Shown: positions 36,468-46,639 of the stretch, in pieces
How the letters are laid out: every line of letters begins with the position of its first letter
Numbering within the stretch: position 1 is the first letter of the stretch
Assembly (NCBI GenBank): GCA_030832185.1
Contig: JAURJQ010000030.1
Coordinates: forward strand, 53,725-117,724
DNA length: 64,000 nt
Direction: 5' to 3'
Source of the DNA: Chitinophagales bacterium
GTDB lineage: Bacteria; Bacteroidota; Bacteroidia; Chitinophagales; JADJOU01
Translations under genes and position numbers: made by a program
Notes under the pieces: generated by a model
The model's database searches: none
Told to the model about the DNA's origin: nothing
The model's input: the letters and a program-made list of their open reading frames with translations, nothing else

Positions 36468-37085
36468 ATGCGTATAGAAAAATATGAAATTGAGAATTTT
36501 GAGAAAATTTATAGAACAAGTTTTATTAACTCACTCGCAGGTTTTCGTCAGGCAGTTTTAGTTGGCACCAAATCATCTAGAGGAGTAGCAAATCTGGCCA
36601 TTTTTAACTCGCTTATTCATTTAGGCGCCCATCCAGCTTTATTTGGATTAATCAGTAGGCCAGATTCTGTTGCAAGACATACTTTAGAAAACATTTTAGA
36701 GACGAATGAATATACGCTAAATTATGTTCGCAAAAACTACTATGAAAAAGCGCACCAAACCTCAGCGAGATATGATAAGGATATAAATGAGTTTGATGAA
36801 GTAGGGCTGAACGAGCAGTATACCATAGGATTTGGGGCCCCATTTGTAGCAGAAGCAGTAGTAAAAGTAGCTATGAAATTAGAAGATAAAATATCTATAC
36901 CTCTTAATGATACTATACTTATAGTAGGCAGTATAGTGCATTTAGAACTTGATTCTAGTCTTGTAGGATTAGATGGCTATGTGGATTTATCTGCCGCAGA
37001 AGTCTTAATAAGTCAAGGGTTGGATGCTTATTTTACAGTTAACCCTATAGGTCGTCTCCCCTATGCCAAGCCATATTTGCTTTAA
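36468..37085 (+). CDS. Flavin-reductase-like (FMN-binding split-barrel) protein
   Basis: 205 aa. It starts 1 nt after the upstream stop. The pattern AVLVGTKSSRGVANLAIFNS...HPALFGLISRP fits the flavin reductase-like domain. Confidence 0.55.
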   Translation: MRIEKYEIENFEKIYRTSFINSLAGFRQAVLVGTKSSRGVANLAIFNSLIHLGAHPALFGLISRPDSVARHTLENILETNEYTLNYVRKNYYEKAHQTSARYDKDINEFDEVGLNEQYTIGFGAPFVAEAVVKVAMKLEDKISIPLNDTILIVGSIVHLELDSSLVGLDGYVDLSAAEVLISQGLDAYFTVNPIGRLPYAKPYLL

Positions 37086-37105
37086 TTTATAGATTTCTTA
37101 TCGGG

Positions 37106-38596
37106 ATGATAAAGGAAGAGATTGCAGTAGTTTGGTTTAAACGAGATTTACGTTTTACAGATCACGCCCCTCTTTATTATGCGCAGCAGCAGTTCTTGCC
37201 TGTGCTATTGATATATTGCTTCGAGCCTAGTATTATGAGTGCGCATGATAGTGATATTCGTCATTGGAGATTTGTGTATCAATCTTTGAAAGAAATGCAA
37301 GCTAAGCTAGCAGAGCTGAAAACTGAGATTTATATTTTTCATAATGAGGCGAATGAAGTCTTTAAGAAACTAGCCGATAGCTACACAATCAAACTAATAT
37401 TTTCGCATCAAGAAATAGGAAACCGATTAACCTATGATAGGGATATAGAACTAGCAAAATTCTGCAAGCTAGGAGGCATAAAGTGGCGAGAATATCAGCA
37501 TAACGGCGTGATACGCAAACTGAATTCACGAAAAGAATGGGAGAAGCGGTGGAAATCAACCATGGAGGAAACTCCTAAAATAGTAGATGAGACGAAATGG
37601 AATTTTTTAGAGTTAAATAGAGGTCTATACAATGATTTAAAAGGGGAGGAATTGAACTCCGAGATTCGAAGTCATGATAAGTCATTTCAATCTGGCGGGG
37701 AGTCTTATGCTTGGCGATACTTAGATAGTTTTTTAAAAGAACGGCATGTAAATTATTCTAAGTTTATCTCCAAACCTGCAGCAAGTCGCAAAGGGTGTAG
37801 TAGAATATCGCCATATTTGAGTTATGGGAATATAAGTATGCGAATGGTCTACCAGTATACCATGCAGCACTATACTAAGTCTTTAAATAAAAGATCACTG
37901 TCAAATTTTATCTCCCGACTTCATTGGCATTGCCATTTTATGCAGAAATTTGAAGATGAATGTAGAATGGAATTTGAAAATGTGAACAGAGCTTATGATA
38001 TGATGCCGAAAGAAAGAAATGAGGAACTCATCAGTGCATGGAAACTAGGTCAGACAGGTATTCCGATAGTTGATGCTTGTATGCGCTGCCTTGTGGCTAC
38101 AGGCTATATAAACTTTCGGATGAGAGCAATGATTGTATCATTTTTCGTCTATAATCTTTGGCAAGATTGGAGGGAGTTGCATATTCTGGCCAGGCTTTTC
38201 CTCGATTATGAGCCCGGCATTCATTATCCCCAATTGCAAATGCAAGCAGGGGTTACTGGAATTAATACTATACGCATCTACAATCCTATTAAAAATTCAT
38301 ACGAACACGATGCCGAAGGGATATTTATAAAGACTTGGCTGCCTGAGCTGAAGAATATACCGGTGTCTTTTATCCACGAGCCATGGACCATGAGCGCCCT
38401 AGAGCAAGAAATATATCAAGTTCGTCTAGGATTGGATTATCCTATGCCAATTATAGATATAGAAGAAACAAACAAGACCGCCCGCGATATTATGTGGAGT
38501 TTTCGTAAGACTGAATCTGTAAAACTAGAGGGAAAAAAGGTCTTAGAAAAGCATGTGAATATGTCATCTGACCTTAAAACTAGAAAAAAATCATAA
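37106..38596 (+). CDS. Cryptochrome/photolyase-family protein, canonical domain order, divergent FAD pocket
   Basis: N-terminus [18 protein letters not shown], and C-terminal domain [13 protein letters not shown]...DWRE...RIYNPIKNS...WLPELKNIP. The segment [17 protein letters not shown] replaces [16 protein letters not shown]. Confidence 0.8.
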   Translation: MIKEEIAVVWFKRDLRFTDHAPLYYAQQQFLPVLLIYCFEPSIMSAHDSDIRHWRFVYQSLKEMQAKLAELKTEIYIFHNEANEVFKKLADSYTIKLIFSHQEIGNRLTYDRDIELAKFCKLGGIKWREYQHNGVIRKLNSRKEWEKRWKSTMEETPKIVDETKWNFLELNRGLYNDLKGEELNSEIRSHDKSFQSGGESYAWRYLDSFLKERHVNYSKFISKPAASRKGCSRISPYLSYGNISMRMVYQYTMQHYTKSLNKRSLSNFISRLHWHCHFMQKFEDECRMEFENVNRAYDMMPKERNEELISAWKLGQTGIPIVDACMRCLVATGYINFRMRAMIVSFFVYNLWQDWRELHILARLFLDYEPGIHYPQLQMQAGVTGINTIRIYNPIKNSYEHDAEGIFIKTWLPELKNIPVSFIHEPWTMSALEQEIYQVRLGLDYPMPIIDIEETNKTARDIMWSFRKTESVKLEGKKVLEKHVNMSSDLKTRKKS

Positions 38597-38603
38597 GGGA
38601 AAC

Positions 38604-38750
38604 ATGAAAATGATAAAAAAACAAAATCTACAAGATAAAATATGTATTGTGTGTTTGAGGCCATTTAGTTGGCGTAAGAAATGGGAAAAAGTATGGGAAG
38701 AGGTAAAATACTGTAGTGATAAGTGTCGAATGAATAGAACTAAACTATGA
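38604..38750 (+). CDS. DUF2256-like 48-aa zinc-ribbon protein (not in ORF track)
   Basis: [48 protein letters not shown] has CxxC...CxxxC. It starts 7 nt after the upstream stop, and its TGA overlaps the next ATG (ATGA). Confidence 0.7.
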   Translation: MKMIKKQNLQDKICIVCLRPFSWRKKWEKVWEEVKYCSDKCRMNRTKL

Positions 38751-40243
38751 AAATAGGATTCATCTTTCCACATCAGTTGTATGAGAATAATCCATTTATT
38801 CAACAATGTGATGAAGTATATATCATAGAAGAGGATTTGTTTTTTAAACAATTTAATTTTCATAAACGGAAAATTGCTTTTCACAGAGCTAGTATGAAAT
38901 TTTATGAAAGTTGCCTTCTGAACAATATTGTAAAGGTTATTTACATTGAATCGAAAAATGAACTTTCAGATGTTAGAAAGTTAATTCATTATTTAAAAGA
39001 AAACAAGGCGACCTCACTGGCGTATATTGATCCTACCGATGATTGGTTAGAGCGCAGAATAGTGAAGGAGTGTAAATCTGTTCAGCTAAAAGCTATTAAA
39101 TGGAAGAGTCCCCAGTTTATAAATTCTTCTGAAGAAATTGCTTCTTTTTTTGCCAATAAGAACAGGATGTTTCAGACAGATTTTTATAAATTTCAGCGAA
39201 TAAAAAATCGTATTTTATTGGAGAATCATGATAAGCCAATGGGAGGTAAATGGACATTCGATGATGAGAACCGCTTGAAATATCCCAAAGATAAATTACC
39301 GCCTGCTACTTCATTTATGGAGTCCAATAGGTTTACATCAGAGGCGATACTTTATACTCAAAAAGAATTTCCTTCTAATTACGGTCAGGTTTCTTCAAGT
39401 CATCTTTATCCAGTGACATTCGATGAAAGTAGAAAATGGTTCGATGATTTTTTAAAATTCAGATTTTCAGAGTTTGGGGCTTATGAAGATGCTATAGTTT
39501 CGAGTGAATATGTTCTGCATCATAGCATTTTAACTCCTATGCTCAATGTGGGGCTTTTGACGCCTGATTATATAATTCATTCCGCTATAGCTTATGCAGA
39601 GAATCATGAGATACCCCTCAATTCCCTCGAAGGATTTATCAGACAGATTATGGGTTGGCGTGAATTTATCAGAGCAGTCTATGAATTAAAGGGTAGAGAA
39701 GAACGAACGAAAAATTACTGGGGCTTCACTCGTAAAATTCCTCCATCCTTCTGGACAGGAACTACCGGAATAGAGCCTATAGATAGCACGATAATTAAGA
39801 TTTTAGAAACTGGATATTGCCATCATATAGAGCGACTAATGGTTTTAGGCAACTTTATGCTCTTATGTGAATTTGATCCAAATGAGGTGTATCGGTGGTT
39901 TATGGAGTTATTTATAGATGCATATGATTGGGTTATGGTTCCTAACGTATATGGTATGAGCCAATTCGCAGATGGGGGTCTAATGGCAACGAAGCCATAT
40001 ATCAGCGGAAGTAACTATTTGATGAAAATGAGTGATTATAAAAAAGGCGACTGGCAGCCAGTTTGGGATGGTTTGTTTTGGAGATTTATGCATGTACATC
40101 GAGATTTTTTTCTTCAGAATCCACGCTTAGGAATGCTTGTAAGAACCTTTGATAAAATGGATATTAAAAAGCAAAAAGCTCATATAGAGAATGCTGAGAA
40201 ATTTATAAAGTCGCTCCAAGCTGAACTTCTCAAAACAGTTTAG
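38747..40243 (+). CDS. COG3046 / FeS-BCP (CryPro, PhrB/CryB)-like photolyase-related protein lacking three Fe-S cysteines
   Basis: N-terminus IFPHQLY...[17 protein letters not shown], plus [30 protein letters not shown] and [16 protein letters not shown]. Confidence 0.75.
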   Translation: MKIGFIFPHQLYENNPFIQQCDEVYIIEEDLFFKQFNFHKRKIAFHRASMKFYESCLLNNIVKVIYIESKNELSDVRKLIHYLKENKATSLAYIDPTDDWLERRIVKECKSVQLKAIKWKSPQFINSSEEIASFFANKNRMFQTDFYKFQRIKNRILLENHDKPMGGKWTFDDENRLKYPKDKLPPATSFMESNRFTSEAILYTQKEFPSNYGQVSSSHLYPVTFDESRKWFDDFLKFRFSEFGAYEDAIVSSEYVLHHSILTPMLNVGLLTPDYIIHSAIAYAENHEIPLNSLEGFIRQIMGWREFIRAVYELKGREERTKNYWGFTRKIPPSFWTGTTGIEPIDSTIIKILETGYCHHIERLMVLGNFMLLCEFDPNEVYRWFMELFIDAYDWVMVPNVYGMSQFADGGLMATKPYISGSNYLMKMSDYKKGDWQPVWDGLFWRFMHVHRDFFLQNPRLGMLVRTFDKMDIKKQKAHIENAEKFIKSLQAELLKTV

Positions 40244-40321
40244 ATATACAATATCTTATATCACTATTGAGCTACTTTTAAATTCTATATGGCGATATAT
40301 TAAATAAAAAATCACTTCAAT

Positions 40322-41335
40322 CTAAAGCTGTCTCAAAAATCGCATATCATTCTGCCAGAATAGTCGGAGATCATTGATCTGATAGTAGAGCATAGCTATA
40401 CGCTCAATACCCATGCCGAAGGCATAGCCATTGTATTTAGTAGTGTCTATATTACAGTTTTGAAGTACCGCAGGATCCACCATGCCGCAGCCGCCTATCT
40501 CAACCCATCCTGTTTTTTTACATACCGGGCATCCTTTTTGGTCACAGATAAAGCATGAAATGTCCACCTCGGCGCTAGGTTCGGTAAATGGAAAATAGGA
40601 AGGACGTAGTCTAATATTCTCCGAACCAAACATCTCTTTAGCGAAATAATAAATACATTGCTTCAAATCCGCAAACGATACTCCCTCATCTATATATAGG
40701 CCTTCTACTTGATGAAATGTGCAGTGGGCGCGTGCAGAAATAGTTTCATTTCTATATACTCGACCTGGGGTAATGATTCTCAATGGTAGTTTTTCAGTTT
40801 CTAGAGCTTGTATCTGCGAACTAGAAGTATGCGTCCTTAGCAGAAATTCTAAATTTTCAGTTAGGAAAAACGTATCCTGCATGTCTCTCGCTGGGTGATC
40901 TTGAGGCATATTGAGTGCCGTAAAATTGTGCCAGTCATTCACAATTTCTGGTCCTTCGAAGATAGCAAAACCTATGCGCTCGAAGATCTCCACCATTCGT
41001 CGTTTCGTTTTTGTTATTGGATGCAGGCTGCCCAAGTGGCTATGATATGCTGGAGCCGTTAGGTCAAAATCTACTTGGGTAGCTTCCTGTTGATGCTCAA
41101 ATGCATTTTTCGATAAAGCCCATTTACTATCGGCTTCGTTTTTGATTTCATTGACTAGCAGCCCGAATTCTTTTCTAAGTTCGCCAGGCACCTCTGCTAT
41201 GAGCCCCATAGCCATTTTGAGCTTACCCTTCGTGCCTAGAAAAGCTATGCGAAATTTCTCCACATCTTCTTTATTCTCAATTTTATATTGAGAGATTTCT
41301 TCTTTGAGGCTCTGTATTTTCGATTTCCATTCCAT
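40322..41335 (-). CDS. pheS: Phenylalanine--tRNA ligase alpha subunit
   Basis: 337 aa with class II motifs (FRPSYFPFTEPS; GFAFGMGIERIAML). Confidence 0.95.
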   Translation of the reverse strand: MEWKSKIQSLKEEISQYKIENKEDVEKFRIAFLGTKGKLKMAMGLIAEVPGELRKEFGLLVNEIKNEADSKWALSKNAFEHQQEATQVDFDLTAPAYHSHLGSLHPITKTKRRMVEIFERIGFAIFEGPEIVNDWHNFTALNMPQDHPARDMQDTFFLTENLEFLLRTHTSSSQIQALETEKLPLRIITPGRVYRNETISARAHCTFHQVEGLYIDEGVSFADLKQCIYYFAKEMFGSENIRLRPSYFPFTEPSAEVDISCFICDQKGCPVCKKTGWVEIGGCGMVDPAVLQNCNIDTTKYNGYAFGMGIERIAMLYYQINDLRLFWQNDMRFLRQL

Positions 41336-41473
41336 GGATAAAAGGATTCAAGTAGTCTGATATTGGGTTAGATAGATTATATCCCTTGCTAATTAAACGA
41401 GTATATATAACGTACAAAGTTTGATTTTTTTTGCCAATTCACAATAAAAATTATTCCAATTAAAAATAAAGTA

Positions 41474-41481
41474 TAATTTTG
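41474..41481 (+). promoter_or_regulatory. Candidate -7 box for rho (long leader)
   Basis: TAATTTTG lies 132 nt upstream of the rho ATG. Confidence 0.3.
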
Positions 41482-41613
41482 CATAAGATTTGAGTACTTG
41501 TCTTAAGACTTACTTAGGTTTTCAAAAAAATATCCAAGATTCTTTTTGTCTACACACCCCTTGAAGTTTAATTCAATATTTATTTAAAACTATTTTATAA
41601 ATCATAATTCTAT

Positions 41614-43131
41614 ATGATGGAAAATCCCAATTTAGAGGACGACAATAAACCGAAAAGAAAGCGTATGCCTAAGAAACTAGAAGTTTCTGCAGATGAAATC
41701 CTTGAAATCATGGAAGATGAGCCTGTGGAGCCTATTTTAGTAAAGCTAGAAGAGGATATAATGGCTAAGAAAAAACAAAAGACAACCAAGTCAGCTAAGG
41801 AGAAAAAAAATCCTGAGGAAGAATCTATAGCGGAGGTGATGGTCGCCAGACCATTGGTTGAAGTGATGGCCCCTGTTTTACTGGAGGACGCAGAAGAAGA
41901 AAGCCCTATAACTCGTAACTTAGAAGGATTGCCAGTAGAGGAAATAGTAGAGGAGGTAGAAGATAAAAACAAATTAACTGTAGAGGAGAAGAATCGAATA
42001 CTACAAGAGCTAGATGGCAAAGTAGACGCTGAAGGAGTTTTAGAAATTACAAATGAACAGTTTGGGTTTCTCCGATCAGCGCATTATAACTATCTTCCTT
42101 CACCTGATGATGTCTATGTATCTCCATCGCAAATTAGACTATTTGGACTTAAAACAGGCGATACCATATTAGGCCCAATTCGTCCACCTAAGGAAGGGGA
42201 GCGCTATTTCGCTCTGCAGAAAGCCGTTTTAGTCAATGGCATGAGTGTAGAAGCCGTTAAGGATAGAGTGCCTTTTGAATATTTGACCCCTTTATTTCCT
42301 TTCGAGCCATTGAAATTGTCTATTGAAAATGATCCGAAAAAAGTGACAGGCAGGATTATGGATTTATTTACACCTATAGGTAAAGGACAGCGCGGTATGA
42401 TTGTTTCTCAGCCAAAAACGGGTAAGACCACTGTATTGAAAGATATCGCCAATTCTATAGCATTTAATCACCCGGAGGTATATCTTATAGTACTTCTTAT
42501 TGATGAGAGGCCCGAAGAAGTCACTGATATGCAGCGCAGTGTTAATGCGGAGGTTATAGCTTCTACCTTTGATGAGCCAGCTGATAAGCATGTGAAAATT
42601 ACAAATATTGTCCTCCAAAAAGCAAAAAGACTGGTAGAAAGTGGTCATGATGTTGTCATATTGTTAGATTCAATTACTAGATTGGCTAGAGCGTACAATA
42701 CTGTAGCTCCTTCATCTGGTAAGGTACTTTCTGGAGGCGTAGAAGCTAATGCTATGCAGAAGCCTAAGCAGTTTTTCGGTGCGGCACGTAAAATAGAAAA
42801 CGGTGGCTCGCTCACTATAATAGCTACTGCTCTAGTCGATACAGGTTCGAAAATGGATGAAGTTATCTTTGAAGAATTTAAAGGTACAGGCAATATGGAG
42901 CTACAGTTGGAGAGAAAACTTTCCAATAAGCGAATTTATCCAGCTATAGACCTCGTGCCATCGTCTACTCGCAGGGATGATTTACTACAACCTAAAGAAA
43001 TTCATCAGAAAATGCAAATTCTTCGTCAGCAAATGGGCGATATGAATGCTGATGAAGCTATGCAGTTCCTTCTCCAGCATATGAGAGGTACTAGCAGTAA
43101 TGATGAATTTTTTATCCGCATGAATAGTTAA
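41614..43131 (+). CDS. rho: Transcription termination factor Rho with ~140-aa low-complexity N-terminal region
   Basis: Core [18 protein letters not shown], Walker [18 protein letters not shown] and [16 protein letters not shown]. The first ~140 aa are Glu/Lys/Pro-rich. Confidence 0.95.
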   Translation: MMENPNLEDDNKPKRKRMPKKLEVSADEILEIMEDEPVEPILVKLEEDIMAKKKQKTTKSAKEKKNPEEESIAEVMVARPLVEVMAPVLLEDAEEESPITRNLEGLPVEEIVEEVEDKNKLTVEEKNRILQELDGKVDAEGVLEITNEQFGFLRSAHYNYLPSPDDVYVSPSQIRLFGLKTGDTILGPIRPPKEGERYFALQKAVLVNGMSVEAVKDRVPFEYLTPLFPFEPLKLSIENDPKKVTGRIMDLFTPIGKGQRGMIVSQPKTGKTTVLKDIANSIAFNHPEVYLIVLLIDERPEEVTDMQRSVNAEVIASTFDEPADKHVKITNIVLQKAKRLVESGHDVVILLDSITRLARAYNTVAPSSGKVLSGGVEANAMQKPKQFFGAARKIENGGSLTIIATALVDTGSKMDEVIFEEFKGTGNMELQLERKLSNKRIYPAIDLVPSSTRRDDLLQPKEIHQKMQILRQQMGDMNADEAMQFLLQHMRGTSSNDEFFIRMNS

Positions 43132-43304
43132 TATCCTACAACATTGGCATCGTATACAATGTCATAATTTCTGACATTTTTGCCCATATTATAGCAAATT
43201 ATCATCAATTGCTGACAGAATAGCACTTAAAATGCACTGGCACAGAATCTGATTAAAATCTGATATAATCGTAATCAAATAGTTAATAATAAAACCAAAT
43301 CAGT

Positions 43305-43574
43305 ATGAACGTAAAACCATTAGCAGACAGAGTGCTGGTACAGCCAGCCGAAGCAGAAGAAAAAACAGCTTCAGGAATTATCATCCCTGATACAGCAAAA
43401 GAAAAGCCTATGAGAGGCACCGTAGTAGCTGCAGGACCTGGCAAGAAAGATGAACCAACTACCGTAAAGATTGGCGATACTGTACTTTATGGAAAGTATA
43501 GTGGAACTGAGATTCAAGTAGAAGGCCAGGACTACCTCATGATGAGAGAAAGCGATATTTTCGCTATAGTCTAA
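43305..43574 (+). CDS. groES: Co-chaperonin GroES
   Basis: 89 aa, with [11 protein letters not shown]...[13 protein letters not shown]. Confidence 0.95.
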   Translation: MNVKPLADRVLVQPAEAEEKTASGIIIPDTAKEKPMRGTVVAAGPGKKDEPTTVKIGDTVLYGKYSGTEIQVEGQDYLMMRESDIFAIV

Positions 43575-43616
43575 ATCTATTCAAAATTAAAAATTCAAAA
43601 TTAAAAATTAGATAGT

Positions 43617-45251
<1,635 letters not shown>

Positions 45252-45320
45252 TACGCTGCGCTAAGTTAGTGGTGGCCAGTATTTAGTAGTCAGAATTTTA
45301 CAGTTCAAATTTTAATTTTA

Positions 45321-45357
45321 AACCTGATAGAAATTTAATTTTCTGTCAGGTTTTTTA
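45321..45357 (+). terminator. Rho-independent terminator after groEL
   Basis: AACCTGATAG (45321-45330) pairs with CTGTCAGGTT (43-52) as a 10-bp stem with one G-U pair and a 12-nt loop, followed by a T-run. Confidence 0.7.
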
Positions 45358-45382
45358 TTTGGTCTTAGCTGTAAAATTAAAC

Positions 45383-45805
45383 GTGAATAAAAGAAATTCA
45401 TCAAATCAACATACTAAAATTATTATTTATACTTTTTCTAATTTTTAATTCGATGAGTTATGCCCAAAACTTTACTTCTGTAAAGAAGAGGATCCATAAA
45501 AGTAAATTGCCATCTACCATGGAGATCTGGGATAAAGAAATGGTAAATTCATTTGTTTTAATTCTAAAGGTGACACCTTGATGCAATATAATCCTAGACG
45601 ATACGCTGGTCACTCCAGTGCTTGGACAGAATATTATAGAAATGGACAAGTGAGAAAATTAGAACTAAGCAATGCCCCCGATGCGGGAATTCAGTATTAT
45701 AAAGAAACAATATTTTTTGATCAAAACGTAAAAAAATGCGTTGATTCAAGCAAAGTAATGAAGACAGAGTCACTACTCAGACTATGTTTTGAAAATAATG
45801 CCTAA
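45383..45805 (+). pseudogene. Small secreted-protein gene disrupted by two compensating 1-nt indels in A-runs (or sequencing errors)
   Basis: GTG AAT AAA is in one frame. After the A4 run (45389-45392), the next frame reads EIHQINILKLLFILFLIFNSMSYAQ... (a signal peptide). After GAAA (45537-45540), the frame returns to that of track ORF 45578-45805 (NGKFICFNSKGDTLMQYNPRRY...). Confidence 0.45.
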
Positions 45806-46552
45806 AGGACAATGATCACTGTGATTAGCTTCCGGTAGAATAAAAGCATCCAGTAAATTTTCTTTTAGTGATTCTGAAATGGATACATAATCTATTCTCC
45901 ATCCTTTATTTTCTATTCTTACAGAAGGGAATCGGGCAGTCCACCACGTGTATGCACCTAGTTTTTCAGGGTAGATATGTCTATAGCTATCTAGCATTCC
46001 ATTTGCAAACCATTTCGTCATCCAAGCGCGTTCTTCTGGCAAGAAGCCTGAACTTTTCTGGTTGGTTTTAGGACTATGAATGTCTATTTCTGTATGAGCA
46101 ATATTATAGTCTCCTAGTACTATTAAGTTGGGATATCTATTTTTAAACTCTGCTATAAATTTGAAATAGAAATCTAAAAACTCATACTTTAATCGCTGCC
46201 TTTCATCTCCGGATGTTCCTGAAGGAAAATAGGTGTTCACCAATGTAAAATCTTTATAAATAGCAATGAGCGTTCTTCCTTCTTTGTCGAAAAATTCATG
46301 CCCCATGCCTTCGATGATTTCTAGCGGCTTTTCTCGTGTGATGATTCCCACTCCACTATAACCTTTCTTTTCAGCACTCAACCAATAGCTGTGGTATCCT
46401 ATATTTTGAAATGCTTTAACATCTATGTCTTCTTGATTCGCTTTCAATTCTTGAAATCCGAGAATATCTGGATTTTCACTTTGAATAAAATCTATCAGAC
46501 CTTTTTTCATAGCTGCCCGAATACCATTGACGTTGTAGGATAGGATTTTCAT
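45782..46552 (-). CDS. xth: Exodeoxyribonuclease III
   Basis: 256 aa with ILSYNVNGIR, QELK, GDYNIAH and SDHCP. Confidence 0.95.
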   Translation of the reverse strand: MKILSYNVNGIRAAMKKGLIDFIQSENPDILGFQELKANQEDIDVKAFQNIGYHSYWLSAEKKGYSGVGIITREKPLEIIEGMGHEFFDKEGRTLIAIYKDFTLVNTYFPSGTSGDERQRLKYEFLDFYFKFIAEFKNRYPNLIVLGDYNIAHTEIDIHSPKTNQKSSGFLPEERAWMTKWFANGMLDSYRHIYPEKLGAYTWWTARFPSVRIENKGWRIDYVSISESLKENLLDAFILPEANHSDHCPLGIIFKT

Positions 46553-46639
46553 TGTATACTATTTAAACATTATCTAATTTTCAATTTATCATATTTCTTA
46601 ATCAACTCATCATCTTATTACCAGATCATTAAATCACTT

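Noticed and set aside
38437-38884. Minus-strand ORFs 38437-38664 and 38591-38884
   Set aside because: They overlap the 3' end of the CPF gene, the DUF2256-like zinc-ribbon ORF and the 5' end of the FeS-BCP-like gene. The plus-strand genes have clear family motifs and coupled junctions.
41610-42020. 136-aa Ser-rich ORF on the minus strand
   Set aside because: It is the exact antisense shadow of the GAA/GAG/AAG-rich codons of the rho N-terminal low-complexity region. It has no start context and its composition is an artefact of that shadow.
43132-43304. Possible CIRCE (HrcA operator) or sigma-32/sigma-54 type promoter upstream of groES
   Set aside because: ATAGCACTtaaaaTGCACTGG is a direct repeat, not an inverted one, and it does not match TTAGCACTC-N9-GAGTGCTAA. 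TGGCAC-N5-CTGAT lacks the TTGC -12 element. GCCCATAT has no matching CTTGAA -35.
45458-45649. 63-aa minus-strand ORF
   Set aside because: It is antisense to the frameshifted secreted-protein gene. The plus strand gives a coherent signal peptide plus a mature region once the two A-run indels are allowed.
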